Shown: piece by piece, positions 37,570 to 47,859 of the stretch | Layout: every line of letters begins with the position of its first letter | Numbering within the stretch: position 1 is the first letter of the stretch | Assembly (NCBI GenBank): GCA_965541585.1 | Contig: CBEUCH010000001.1 | Coordinates: 288,001-352,000 of the forward strand | Length of the DNA stretch: 64,000 bases | Source: an uncultured bacterium | GTDB taxonomy: Bacteria > Zixibacteria > MSB-5A5 > UBA10806 | Direction: 5' to 3' | The notes under the pieces: generated by a model | Seen by the model: only the letters and a program-made list of their open reading frames with translations | Told to the model about the DNA's origin: nothing | Database searches by the model: none | Position numbers and translations under genes: made by a program

Positions 37570-39876
37570 ATGAAACCCAAAACTACTCTTTTCATTCTCA
37601 TGTTGATCTGCTCGAGCTTCGCGGTCAACACAGCTGTCAGGGGGCAGGACGTTCCCCAGGGGACTATAAAAGGACGCGTCATAGATAGTGAAACAAAAGC
37701 TCCCCTTCCCGGAGTGTCAGTTCTTATCGCGGCTCCTGCTATGGGCGCAAACGCTGATGTCGATGGTAATTTCACAATCAACAATGTGCAGGTCGGCAAT
37801 TACACGTTAAAGTTCAGTTGTATCGGCTATGATCCCTTTTCGAAAACCGATATAATTGTCAAACCGAAAAGGATAACATTTGTAAATGCCGAGCTCAACG
37901 TATCGCCTCTTCAGATGAACGATGTGGTAGTCACGAACGGGTATTTCTCACGGAAAGAGGATCAGCCGACAAGCTCCATCAATTTCTCCTCCGAGGAGAT
38001 ACGCAGAGCCCCCGGTTCGGCGGGCGATGTAAGCCGCATCATAATGGGGCTTCCCAGTATCGCGAAAGTCAACGATCAGGTAAACAGCCTTATAGTCCGC
38101 GGCGGAAGTCCCATGGAGAACGCTTTTTATATCGATAATATCGAAATACCGAACATCAACCATTACCCGACCCAGGGATCATCGGGCGGTCCGATAGGGC
38201 TTTTGAATGTCGATTTCATTCAGGATGTCGAATTCTCGTCGGGCGGTTTCTCCAGCGCCTACGGTGATAGATTATCATCCGTGATGGAGCTATCGTTCAG
38301 AGAAGGCAACCGGGATGAGTTGGACGGACAGCTGGATATGGCCTTCGCGGGATTCGGATTTACGGGCGAGGGCCCCATCGCAAACGGCCAGGGTTCATGG
38401 CTCTTTTCCGCCAGGAGGAGCTTTCTTGATCTGCTGGTGGACGCTATCGGCACAGGTGTCGCTCCGGAATACAGCGATTACCAGGGAAAGCTCGTTTACG
38501 ATCCGACGCCTAACGATAAACTTACCTTATTGGGTGTGATGGGAATCGATTACATCGGTTTCGGTAAAGATCAGGCGATAGAGGACGGTAATATCACTTA
38601 CGGCAAAACCGATGTCATAGAGGGGGTGTCGGGAGTAAACTGGCGTCATCTCTGGAACGCAAAAGGGTATTCCAATACGTCGGTTTCATACATTGCGACC
38701 AAAAGCATAGCGGATTACTACGAAGCCAGAACCGATTTAAATATAATGGATAACAATTCCCTCGAGTCCGCCGCTCAGCTTCGCAATGTGAACTTTTATC
38801 GCTTTAACCCATCTCATCAACTTGAGTTCGGTGTTGAGGGGAAAATAGTCGGGGCCGATTACGATAATTTCCTTTCCGAATATACCGACGCTCTGGGTAA
38901 TACCACTCCGGAAAGCAGGATAGACGACCGGATCTCGTCACAGAAAGTCGGGGTCTTCGCCAATTACACGTGGAAACCGTTCGATAGGCTTTCTTTGACC
39001 CCCGGTGCGAGATTTGATTATTTCGCCTATAACGAAAACAGCCATGTCTCCCCGAGGTTTTCCCTCTCTTACAAAATCAGCCAGAAAACGTCGATAAACG
39101 GAGCAGCCGGAATATATTATCAAAACCTGCCTCTGATCATTCTCTCTCAGCGGGAAGAGAATAAAAACCTAAAAGATCCTGTCGCCTATCATTACATATT
39201 GGGAATCAACCATCTTCTAACCGAGAACACGAGGCTGACTCTGGAGGTTTACGATAAAGAGTATGACAATTTCCCGCTTGATCCAACAACACCGACATTA
39301 TTTGTCCTGGATGAGTTATCCTACCGTTACGGATTCTTTTTCGATCATGCGACTCTTGTCGATGACGGCAAAGCCTACTCGCGCGGAGTTGAATTGACAA
39401 TCCAGAAAAAGCTGGCCGCTGATTTTTACGGTCTGGTAAGCGGTTCTTATTTCAGATCCCGTTATCAGGATCTCAATGGTGTTTGGAAAGACAGGGTATT
39501 CGATAACCGCTACACATTCAGCGCCGAAGGTGGCTATAAGCCGAACAACAAATGGGAGTTCAGTTTGCGCTGGATCTACGCCGGCGGCGCTCCATACACA
39601 CCGTTTGATATAGCGGCCTCGGAGGCCATAAACAGGGGAGTCTTTGACGGAAGCAAGATAAACGAGGTCCGTTATTCCGATTACCATTCGCTGAATATTC
39701 GATTTGACAGGAGATTCAATTTCAAAGGATCCAACTTGATATTTTACTTCAGCGTCTGGAACGCCTATAATCAGAAAAACGTGGCCTCTTATTACTGGAA
39801 TGAGATTGAAAACAAAAAGGATACCACAAACCAATGGGGCTTTTTGCCGGTTTTCGGCTTAGAATATGAATTCTGA
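37570..39876 (+). CDS. TonB-dependent receptor
   Basis: Signal peptide, carboxypeptidase-regulatory-like domain, plug (VRGGSPMEN..YIDN, GGFSSAYGDRLSSV), barrel ending GLEYEF. Confidence 0.92.
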   Translation: MKPKTTLFILMLICSSFAVNTAVRGQDVPQGTIKGRVIDSETKAPLPGVSVLIAAPAMGANADVDGNFTINNVQVGNYTLKFSCIGYDPFSKTDIIVKPKRITFVNAELNVSPLQMNDVVVTNGYFSRKEDQPTSSINFSSEEIRRAPGSAGDVSRIIMGLPSIAKVNDQVNSLIVRGGSPMENAFYIDNIEIPNINHYPTQGSSGGPIGLLNVDFIQDVEFSSGGFSSAYGDRLSSVMELSFREGNRDELDGQLDMAFAGFGFTGEGPIANGQGSWLFSARRSFLDLLVDAIGTGVAPEYSDYQGKLVYDPTPNDKLTLLGVMGIDYIGFGKDQAIEDGNITYGKTDVIEGVSGVNWRHLWNAKGYSNTSVSYIATKSIADYYEARTDLNIMDNNSLESAAQLRNVNFYRFNPSHQLEFGVEGKIVGADYDNFLSEYTDALGNTTPESRIDDRISSQKVGVFANYTWKPFDRLSLTPGARFDYFAYNENSHVSPRFSLSYKISQKTSINGAAGIYYQNLPLIILSQREENKNLKDPVAYHYILGINHLLTENTRLTLEVYDKEYDNFPLDPTTPTLFVLDELSYRYGFFFDHATLVDDGKAYSRGVELTIQKKLAADFYGLVSGSYFRSRYQDLNGVWKDRVFDNRYTFSAEGGYKPNNKWEFSLRWIYAGGAPYTPFDIAASEAINRGVFDGSKINEVRYSDYHSLNIRFDRRFNFKGSNLIFYFSVWNAYNQKNVASYYWNEIENKKDTTNQWGFLPVFGLEYEF

Positions 39877-39938
39877 TTGACATTTAGCACGGAGATGTTC
39901 CAGGAAGATTTAAGGTGATTTAAGGGAATGGTTGAACC

Positions 39939-40775
39939 ATGGAAACTCACCAGATCTGGACTACTATCAGGTCGATTATTGTCATAGTCGTCAGCCTGTA
40001 TGTTGTTCTCATAATCGTCGTTTGGTTTTTTCAATCGCGTCTCATCTATTTTCCTCAAAGTGCGATAGCCATGACGCCTGATCAGATAAAGCTTCCGTAC
40101 GAAGTGATAAGTTTTGAGGCATCGGATGGAGTAAAGCTCTCGGGCTGGTTCATTCCGGCTGAGAACAGCAGAGGCGTGATTCTGTTCTGTCACGGGAATG
40201 CAGGCAATATATCCCATCGCCTGGAATCAATCCTCATTTTCAATCGTCTGTCTCTTGACGTGTTCATTTTCGACTATAGGGGCTACGGTCAGAGCGAGGG
40301 TAAACCAACCGAGCAGGGAACATATCTCGACGCGGAGGCGGCTTGGGATTACCTGGTCGAGAATCGAGAGGCTGATCCGACTAAGATAATCATCTTCGGC
40401 AGATCGTTGGGTGGGGCCGTGGCTTCGTGGCTGGCGAAGGCTCAAATACCCGGCGCGTTGATTGTGGAGTCCGCATTTACCTCCATTCCGGATATCGGAG
40501 CCGAAGTGTATCCATTCCTTCCAGTCAGGCTGCTGTCGCGCATCAACTACTCTACTATCGACCACATTCACGATGTGACATGCCCGGTCCTGATAGTGCA
40601 CAGCCGCGACGATGAATTAATATCTTTCAATCACGGGCTGAAAATCTTCGAAGCGGCAAACGAGCCGAAAGATCTGCTTGAAATATCAGGCTCTCATAAT
40701 GACGGATTCTTGGTCTCAGCAGGAAAATATGAAATCGGTCTCAACCTTTTTATTTCCGCTAATATCGGCAGGTAA
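39939..40775 (+). CDS. Alpha/beta hydrolase (ABHD13/17-like)
   Basis: HGNAGN, DYRGYG, GRSLGG nucleophile, HSRDDE, GSHND. Confidence 0.9.
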   Translation: METHQIWTTIRSIIVIVVSLYVVLIIVVWFFQSRLIYFPQSAIAMTPDQIKLPYEVISFEASDGVKLSGWFIPAENSRGVILFCHGNAGNISHRLESILIFNRLSLDVFIFDYRGYGQSEGKPTEQGTYLDAEAAWDYLVENREADPTKIIIFGRSLGGAVASWLAKAQIPGALIVESAFTSIPDIGAEVYPFLPVRLLSRINYSTIDHIHDVTCPVLIVHSRDDELISFNHGLKIFEAANEPKDLLEISGSHNDGFLVSAGKYEIGLNLFISANIGR

Positions 40776-40962
40776 GATATCTTAAACCCATGCCGTCTGA
40801 CATTATCCCTGGAATCCGGCTTTTTGGCATAGCATTGATAGGCATAAAATGCTAAATTACTTGTTGTTTTGATGGGTGAATCCGGTGCTGTTTCGCCCGA
40901 TATTGGGTAGCAACGGTTACGAAATGATAGAACTGTAAACAACATTTAGAGAGACTTTCCCG

Positions 40963-42648
40963 ATGACTGAAGCCAAATCTCCACGACCTTCCAATTTTAT
41001 CAAAGATATAATTGATGAGGATCTGAAGAATAATAAGAACGACGGTCGGGTTCATACCCGGTTTCCGCCGGAGCCGAACGGTTATTTGCATATCGGACAT
41101 GCCAAAGCGATCTGTCTTGATTTCGGCCTCGCCGCCGAATACGGAGGCTTGTGCAATCTCCGTTTCGATGATACCAATCCGACCAAGGAGGAGGCTGAGT
41201 ACGTTCAATCTATCGAGCAGGATATCCGATGGCTCGGATTTCACTGGGGAGATCGCTTGTATTACGCCTCGGATTATTACGACCAACTTTACGAGTATGC
41301 GGTTGAGCTAGTCAAAAAGGGCAAGGCCTACGTTGACGATCTCAGCCCCGATGAAATTAGAGAGTATCGGGGAACATTGACGAAGCCGGGCAGGGAGAGT
41401 CCCTATCGAAACCGATCGGTCGAGGAAAACCTGACGCTGTTCGAGGGGATGCGGGCCGGAGATTTCCCCGACGGTTCCAGGGTGCTGCGGGCCAAGATCG
41501 ATATGGCATCGGGCAATCTGAATATGAGAGACCCGGTTATATACCGCATACTGAAGGCGACTCACCATCGGACCGGAGACAAATGGTGCATCTATCCGAT
41601 GTATGATTGGGCTCACGGACAGTCGGACTCCATCGAGGGGATCACGCATTCTGTTTGCACCCTGGAATTCGAGGATCACCGGCCACTTTACGACTGGTTT
41701 GTAGAGCAGCTCGGAATCTTCGCCCCGCAGCAAATCGAATTCGCGCGCCTTAATCTGACATATACCGTGATGAGCAAACGGAAACTTCTGCAGTTGGTGG
41801 ATGAGGGTCAAGTCAATGGCTGGGACGATCCCCGGCTGCCCACCCTCTGCGGCCTTAGAAGGCGCGGCTATACGCCTGAGTCGATTCGCAATTTCTTAGA
41901 TCGGATTGGAGTGGCCAAACGGGCTAGTAATGTCGATGTCGCCTTGCTGGAGCATACGCTCCGGGAGGAGCTCAATAAGAGTGCCCAGCGCGTTATGGCG
42001 GTTCTGCGTCCTCTGAAAGTGGTTATTGATAACTACCCTGAAGACCAGGTGGAGGAGCTGGATTGCGTGAATAATCCCGAAGATTCGTCCATGGGGACCC
42101 GCAAGGTGCCATTTTCCAGGGTGCTGTATATAGAGCGCGAGGATTTCCGTGAGGACCCACACAAGAAATTCTATCGTTTAGCCCCGGGCCGCGAGGTGCG
42201 TCTGCGGTATGCTTACTTTATCAAGTGTGTCGATGCCATAAAAGATGATAGCGGCGATGTGGTCGAGTTGCGCTGTACATATGATCCCGATACCCGCGGT
42301 GGTGATGCTCCCGACGGCCGCAAGGTCAAGGCTACGCTGCACTGGGTCTCCGCCGATCATTCGCTACCGGCCGAGGTGCGGCTCTATGATCATCTATTCA
42401 CCAGGGAAGATCCCGGCGATGTCGAGGAGGGGAAAGACTGGAAAGATAATGTTAATCCCGATTCACTGGAGATCTTGAGGGGATGCCGTCTGGAGCCTTT
42501 TTTACAGAGCGCCAAACCCGGCGATCGTTTCCAGTTTGAACGGCAGGGCTATTTCTGCGTTGACCCCGATACAACACCCGGCAATCTCGCCTTCAACCGC
42601 ACCGTGGGCTTGCGGGATACCTGGGCGAAGATAGAAAAGAAGCTGTAA
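40963..42648 (+). CDS. glnS: Glutamine--tRNA ligase
   Basis: [43 protein letters not shown]. Confidence 0.96.
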   Translation: MTEAKSPRPSNFIKDIIDEDLKNNKNDGRVHTRFPPEPNGYLHIGHAKAICLDFGLAAEYGGLCNLRFDDTNPTKEEAEYVQSIEQDIRWLGFHWGDRLYYASDYYDQLYEYAVELVKKGKAYVDDLSPDEIREYRGTLTKPGRESPYRNRSVEENLTLFEGMRAGDFPDGSRVLRAKIDMASGNLNMRDPVIYRILKATHHRTGDKWCIYPMYDWAHGQSDSIEGITHSVCTLEFEDHRPLYDWFVEQLGIFAPQQIEFARLNLTYTVMSKRKLLQLVDEGQVNGWDDPRLPTLCGLRRRGYTPESIRNFLDRIGVAKRASNVDVALLEHTLREELNKSAQRVMAVLRPLKVVIDNYPEDQVEELDCVNNPEDSSMGTRKVPFSRVLYIEREDFREDPHKKFYRLAPGREVRLRYAYFIKCVDAIKDDSGDVVELRCTYDPDTRGGDAPDGRKVKATLHWVSADHSLPAEVRLYDHLFTREDPGDVEEGKDWKDNVNPDSLEILRGCRLEPFLQSAKPGDRFQFERQGYFCVDPDTTPGNLAFNRTVGLRDTWAKIEKKL

Positions 42649-42692
42649 AGCGATTTAGAGACTTTCAGGATCTTAATATCAGTTCTTTTGCT

Positions 42693-42717
42693 GGTAACGA
42701 AGCGCCGCTTCGTTACC
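42693..42717. repeat. REP-like palindrome, family B
   Basis: GGTAACGAAGCG-C-CGCTTCGTTACC upstream of the second RAYT. Confidence 0.8.
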
Positions 42718-42729
42718 TAGTATGAAGTC

Positions 42730-43260
42730 ATGAGATCAAGATATAAAATCCATCGCCGGGACGGAATTCATTTTGTAACATCCTCTACTGTCAACTGGTT
42801 ACCGATATTCACCAGCGAAAAATACTTCAATATCCTAATTGAAGCCCTTTCTTATCGTCTAAAAAGAAAGAAACTAATGCTATTTTCCTATGTTTTGATG
42901 GAGGACCACTTCCACGCAATATTATGCTCGCAGAATCTCACAAAATTTATGAAGGAATTCAAAAGTTACACGGCACGGCGAATAATCGATCAGTTGAGGA
43001 TTGACAATAATAGAGAAATGTTAGTTCAGTTAAGCGATAATAAGAAACATTACAAGTCAAGCTCCAGATATCAAGTTTGGCAGGAGGGATTTCATCCTCA
43101 ATTGATTCAGGGGATGGATATGTTCCGCCTAAAGGCAGATTATATCCATATGAATCCTGTTCGACGCAGTTATGTTAAAAAACCGGAAGGCTGGGAGTAT
43201 TCCAGCGCTTCTAATTACATTTCAGGAACAGGATTGCTTGAGATCGATTCTATTATTTGA
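42730..43260 (+). mobile_element. REP-associated tyrosine transposase (second, different subtype)
   Basis: HFVTSSTVNWLPIF, YVLMEDHFH (HUH), FKSYTA, WQEGFHP, YIHMNPV, WEYSSA; flanked by family B palindromes. Confidence 0.9.
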
Positions 43261-43267
43261 ATCCACT

Positions 43268-43300
43268 CTCTGGTTGCCAGGCGGCGCTTGGCAACCAGAG
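43268..43300. repeat. REP-like palindrome, family B
   Basis: CTCTGGTTGCCAGGCG-G-CGCTTGGCAACCAGAG downstream of the RAYT. Confidence 0.8.
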
Positions 43301-43357
43301 AACAAGCACTTACCAGCACGCTCATCCGCCTCGAGCTTAAGAGACTATTCAGATTCT

Positions 43358-45031
43358 CTATAATTCAAATAGGGGCGGATGCTTCTTATGAAAATCCGTG
43401 GCATCCTGATACTTTTTGGCAACCGCTAAAAGCGTCGCTTCATCATACAACCTGCCGATAAACGTGATGCTCGTCGGCTCGCCATCCTCGTTGAAACCGT
43501 TGGGCAGGACAACGCAGGGATGACCGCTTAAGTTGGTTAAGAGCAGGTTGTCTCCCTCGAACGATGGCGAAATGTAAATATCGATCTCGGCCATCAATTC
43601 AGCCATCTGTTGAATCAGGAGAGTCCGCACCCGATTTGCCTGGATATACTCGACCGCCGGAATAAATCGCGAGGCCCGGAATGAATTCGGCCAGGCGTTT
43701 TTGATCTGCCGCACAAGGAGGTCGTCCCGATTGGAGCGGGTCAATTCATCGAACGCCGCCGCCGCTTCTGCCCCGAGGATAATCTGCATGGCATCAACCG
43801 GCAGGTCAGGAAGCTCTATCTCGATCAACTCGACGCCCAATTCGCGGAGTTTCTCAAGCGTAGCAGTGTTTTGCTCCTGATAGGTGGTATCCTTCTCGAA
43901 ATCCCTCTTTAGGTATCCAAAACGCAGCTTTCCGAGATCGATATCGGGCGTATAATTGAAAGCCGGATCGATAACCGATAGATCCAATTTGTCCGGGCCG
44001 CGGATGGCGTCGAAAACCAGGGCGCAGTCTTCCACGGTTCGGCAGATCGGCCCCAGTTTATCCATGGACCAGCTCAGGGCCATGGCCCCGGTGCGGCTGA
44101 CCCGGCCGTGCGTGGGACGAAGACCGGTTACGCCGCAGCGCGTGGACGGTGAAACGATGGAACCCCAGGTTTCCGATCCGATAGCGAACGGTACCAGACC
44201 AGCAGAGACCGCCGATGCCGACCCGGCCGATGAACCACTCGAACCCTGCCCGAGGTTCCATGGATTGCGGGTCGTATCAGCATACCAGACGTCACCCCAG
44301 GCGAGCGCACCCAGGGAAAGCTTGGCTACCAGCACGGTGCCAGCCTCCTGGAGCTTTTTGACGACCGTGGCGTCGAGATCGATCACCTGTTCTTTATATG
44401 GCATGGCACCCCAGGTGGTCTTATATCCCTTGACTGCCAGCAGGTCCTTGGCGCCATAGGGGATGCCATGCAACGGCCCTCGATATTTGCCGGCAGCAAT
44501 CTCGGAATCGGCACGCGCCGCCTGCTCGAGCGCTAGATCTTCGGTGAGAGTGATAACACAGTGCAATTGCGGATCGAACCTTTTCAGTCGATCCAGAGCC
44601 AGCCTCGTTAGCTGCGTCGATGTCACCTGACGCGTCCGGATTAGTTCCGCCAACTCACGGACGGAGTAGAATGCCAGTTCCTCGAGATCATCCGGGACTG
44701 TGATTTCCGTTACGGGACTCATCTCCAGGGGCCGCTGAGCTGTTTCAAATGTTATCCCGACCGGTATCGGGTTGAAAATCAATGACGGCGAGACGGAATT
44801 CTCCAGGCTCACCGCGCGCATGGCGTCATAAAATTCCAGGTTTGCAGAAAGCTCATCCAGCATCGAATCACGCTCTGCATCGGTGAACTCGAGGCCGAAT
44901 ATATCTTCCGCTCCGGCCACCATCTCCTTTGTGACTTTGACGCTGTCCTGTTCCGCCAGGACGGCTCCAGCTAGTAAATGCGCAGTCAGGCAGAAGAAAA
45001 TCACCCTTTTGACGAACTTTAATTGCAGCAT
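43358..45031 (-). CDS. Exported amidase-signature family enzyme
   Basis: Signal peptide, GIPYGAKDL, GSSGSSAGS, GSETWGSIVSPS. Confidence 0.9.
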   Translation of the reverse strand: MLQLKFVKRVIFFCLTAHLLAGAVLAEQDSVKVTKEMVAGAEDIFGLEFTDAERDSMLDELSANLEFYDAMRAVSLENSVSPSLIFNPIPVGITFETAQRPLEMSPVTEITVPDDLEELAFYSVRELAELIRTRQVTSTQLTRLALDRLKRFDPQLHCVITLTEDLALEQAARADSEIAAGKYRGPLHGIPYGAKDLLAVKGYKTTWGAMPYKEQVIDLDATVVKKLQEAGTVLVAKLSLGALAWGDVWYADTTRNPWNLGQGSSGSSAGSASAVSAGLVPFAIGSETWGSIVSPSTRCGVTGLRPTHGRVSRTGAMALSWSMDKLGPICRTVEDCALVFDAIRGPDKLDLSVIDPAFNYTPDIDLGKLRFGYLKRDFEKDTTYQEQNTATLEKLRELGVELIEIELPDLPVDAMQIILGAEAAAAFDELTRSNRDDLLVRQIKNAWPNSFRASRFIPAVEYIQANRVRTLLIQQMAELMAEIDIYISPSFEGDNLLLTNLSGHPCVVLPNGFNEDGEPTSITFIGRLYDEATLLAVAKKYQDATDFHKKHPPLFEL

Positions 45032-45494
45032 CGCATTCTCCTCTTCTGTTTGAAATAAGTGTATCAGCCCTCCGTATACTCGGTTTTTATTATATGATCA
45101 TATCTCAAGATAGAGTAGTGAAATTAGCGTGCTGGAAAGGATCCGAATTATATCACGTCAAAACCTGTGACTCCGAAACCAGTTTCTTAAGGACAGTAGA
45201 GGCTGCGCATTATATTTCTAGAATTACTTATTTTCGGCCGTTTCGCTATTTCCATATACGCCAAATCAGGGAATTTTCCCGTATTGCGGCAGGCATGGAA
45301 TAAATGTTTTGTACAGCTGAATTAAGTCTATAAAGAGGTTGACAGGACCGGGAATGTTTGCATATTCTTTTATATAATAGGAAATAAGGCTGGCGCCGGG
45401 ACGAATGCGTTTCGGCGAAGATAAACATCTTATGTGAATATGATTTTAGAGAGGTTGTCGCCATAGCGAAAGTGCTGGCGGGAGAAGGAGTTTA

Positions 45495-46073
45495 ATGCTT
45501 ATGGATTCAATTTTGATAAGCTACGTTTTGCCCATATTGGGCATCGTGATCCTCTTGTTTTGTTTTGGTTCATTCGTTTTCTCTTATGGTGAAAGATTTA
45601 AGGGCAAAATCCAGAAGCTGAAAGCTTTCGGGTTAGACCTGGAGGTCTCGGTCATCACCTTATTCGTAATCATCGGAGTAATTTTTTCGCTGACAGGCGT
45701 ATATATTCAGATAAAGAATTACGAGGCGCAATTGGCGAATACTAAGGAGCAACTGGATTACGCAAACAAGAAGTTGGAGGAGGAACGAAGGCAGAACGTA
45801 ACGGCATATATTGCGCTGGAGAACGTCGACGTCGACAGTTTGCCGAAATTGGAGAACGTGGAATGCAAATACTACTTCATGAATGATAGCGATGAGCATG
45901 TGGCGGATGTAATGCTGACAAGATCAGGGGATCGATTCAGGATTAGCCTTAAGGACGTTCCTTCCGCAAAAATGATTGAATTGCTGGAGTTCAGGGATCG
46001 GATAACAAACAGGAAATGGGGAAAAGAGTTTTTTCAGCCTGCAGTTCCGACATACGTTTTGAAGGAGAATTGA
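45495..46073 (+). CDS. Two-TM membrane protein with coiled coil and possible divergent YEATS-like C-terminal domain
   Basis: AAGGAG RBS, two hydrophobic helices, heptad segment, LENVECKYYF resembling the next gene's repeats. Confidence 0.75.
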   Translation: MLMDSILISYVLPILGIVILLFCFGSFVFSYGERFKGKIQKLKAFGLDLEVSVITLFVIIGVIFSLTGVYIQIKNYEAQLANTKEQLDYANKKLEEERRQNVTAYIALENVDVDSLPKLENVECKYYFMNDSDEHVADVMLTRSGDRFRISLKDVPSAKMIELLEFRDRITNRKWGKEFFQPAVPTYVLKEN

Positions 46074-46077
46074 GTTT

Positions 46078-46803
46078 ATGGCTGCCAAGAAACTCTCAGG
46101 ACTACGTTCGTTATGGTTCGGCGCTTTATTGTCGATTATGCTCTCATCCGGTTCGTTTTCCACTGAATGGAATATAAGGCTTGAAAATTCATCGGAGCTT
46201 GTCGGCGGCGGGCGTTACGACTGGACGGTATATGTTGTTGCGGAAGAACCTGTTTTGAATGAGATAGACCATGTAGTATATATTCTTCACCCTTCATTTC
46301 CCGAGCCAAAACGCATAATAGAAACGCCTGAAAATAATTTTTCTCTCTCCGCTAACGGCTGGGGGGAATTCCTGATCACGGCGAGAGTAACCTTCAAGAA
46401 CGGTGAAGTAGTCCCGGTTGAGCACTGGCTGAGGCTTGAAGCCAACAGGATACCGGATGAAGAACCAGAACCGCCGCCCGCTCCTCCGGAGGAAGAGCGC
46501 GGGCTCGCGGTGGAGAATACCGCGAATATTCTCAAGGGAGAGCGGTGGGAGTGGACTATATATATCGTTGCCTCCGATGAGGTTCTGGAACAAATCGAAT
46601 GCGTCTATTACATTCTCGATCCATCATATCGGCAACCCAGGCGGGAAGTCTGCGATGATAGAGGTAATGACCCCGGCCAGGGTTTTTTCCTGACGGATAC
46701 TGCACGGGAACCATTTGAAGTCAGCGTGAGAATAAGATTCAAAGACGGCCAAACCAAGTCTCTGGTGCATTGGTTGAGAACTCCGCACCTGCCCGAAGAG
46801 TAA
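46078..46803 (+). CDS. Exported protein with two tandem prokaryotic YEATS-like domains
   Basis: Signal peptide; WTVYV..VVYILHPSFPEP.R..F....GWGEF.I..V.F..HWL.L, then a Pro-rich linker and a second copy. Confidence 0.85.
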   Translation: MAAKKLSGLRSLWFGALLSIMLSSGSFSTEWNIRLENSSELVGGGRYDWTVYVVAEEPVLNEIDHVVYILHPSFPEPKRIIETPENNFSLSANGWGEFLITARVTFKNGEVVPVEHWLRLEANRIPDEEPEPPPAPPEEERGLAVENTANILKGERWEWTIYIVASDEVLEQIECVYYILDPSYRQPRREVCDDRGNDPGQGFFLTDTAREPFEVSVRIRFKDGQTKSLVHWLRTPHLPEE

Positions 46804-46881
46804 GAGTTGGTAGCGGTGCAATCAGCGCAAGATGAAAAATATATACGTACCGGGTTAGGCGCGGTAGTCCGACTAAAAGCA

Positions 46882-47436
46882 TTATCCTTTTTTTCGCCCA
46901 TATTCCTCTTTCAGGATCCCGTAAGCATATACATCATACCAGCGCCTGTTTATGAAGCTGGCCTTTCGCCAGACGCCCTCCCGGACGAAACCTATCCTGT
47001 CCAACAATCTAACTGATCCAACGTTTTTTTGATGCACCACCGCATACACGCGAGCCAGTCGGAGCTTTCTGAACGCGAATTTCAGAACAAGTCGTAAAGC
47101 TTCGCCGGCGTATCCCCGATTCTGGAAAGCTTTCCCCACCCAGTAGCCGACCTCGGCGTTTCTATCCTGCCTGTTGATGTTGCGCAGACCGATCATACCC
47201 ACAATCTGGTTGCTTTCCACATCCTCTATGCCGAAATTGTAAGCCGTATCTTCACGGGCAAGACGAGGTGTCAGGGCGATCCACTTGCGCGCCTCCTGCA
47301 GGGTGTATGGAAAAGGCAGCCGGGGAAGGAAACGCGCTATATCACGGTTGTTGGCGTGACGTTGAATCGAATCTGCGTCTGAGCGCCTCAGCTTGCGCAG
47401 GGTGATCAGCTTACCCTGTAATGTAGGAATCGGCAT
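46882..47436 (-). CDS. GNAT N-acetyltransferase, RimJ/RimL family
   Basis: AEVGYWVG..FQNRGYA.EA, NVGSVRLL.RIGF.REG. Confidence 0.9.
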   Translation of the reverse strand: MPIPTLQGKLITLRKLRRSDADSIQRHANNRDIARFLPRLPFPYTLQEARKWIALTPRLAREDTAYNFGIEDVESNQIVGMIGLRNINRQDRNAEVGYWVGKAFQNRGYAGEALRLVLKFAFRKLRLARVYAVVHQKNVGSVRLLDRIGFVREGVWRKASFINRRWYDVYAYGILKEEYGRKKG

Positions 47437-47458
47437 GCGATATTATAGGCCATTCATA

Positions 47459-47491
47459 ATAATGGTCAAGACCACAAGGATCTTAACCCGC
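47459..47491. repeat. Degenerate REP-like repeat, family C
   Basis: ATAATGGTCAAGACCACAAGGATCTTAACCCGC aligns without gaps to 48706-48738. Confidence 0.6.
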
Positions 47492-47496
47492 AACTA

Positions 47497-47859
47497 CTAC
47501 TCGTTCTTGTCTTTCCCCGGGTAGCCGCCGAAACTGGTTCCGCGAAAATCTTCCCGCACCGGATGGAAGGCATCAACTACGCGGCAATCGGTCACGGCGC
47601 GTCCGGAGTGCACCACGTTGGGAGGAAGCACCATCACCTTGCCGGGCGTCAGGCTGTATGAGCGGCCATCGACCGTCAACTCCAATTCCCCATCGACGAC
47701 GTTAACAACCTGTTCATTGATATGTGAATGCTCCGGAAGCAGGGCTCCGGCGGACAGCCTCACATGAGCCACGGTCATGGATTGAGCCGTGACGGCGCGC
47801 ATCAGGATTCCTTCGGCGATTTCCAACTCGGGCAGTTCATTTAGGTTTACAAGTCCCAT
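47497..47859 (-). CDS. Cupin domain protein
   Basis: PEHSHINEQ..G.LEL, IPPNVVH-like motif, DAFHPVREDF. Confidence 0.9.
   Translation of the reverse strand: MGLVNLNELPELEIAEGILMRAVTAQSMTVAHVRLSAGALLPEHSHINEQVVNVVDGELELTVDGRSYSLTPGKVMVLPPNVVHSGRAVTDCRVVDAFHPVREDFRGTSFGGYPGKDKNE

Noticed and set aside
43358..45031. GatA of the tRNA amidotransferase near glnS/gltX
   Set aside because: It has a signal peptide, no adjacent gatB/gatC, and motifs of stand-alone amidases.
45380..45490. Riboswitch in the leader of the YEATS unit
   Set aside because: Only weak stems (for example around GCGAAAGT); no match to a riboswitch consensus I know.
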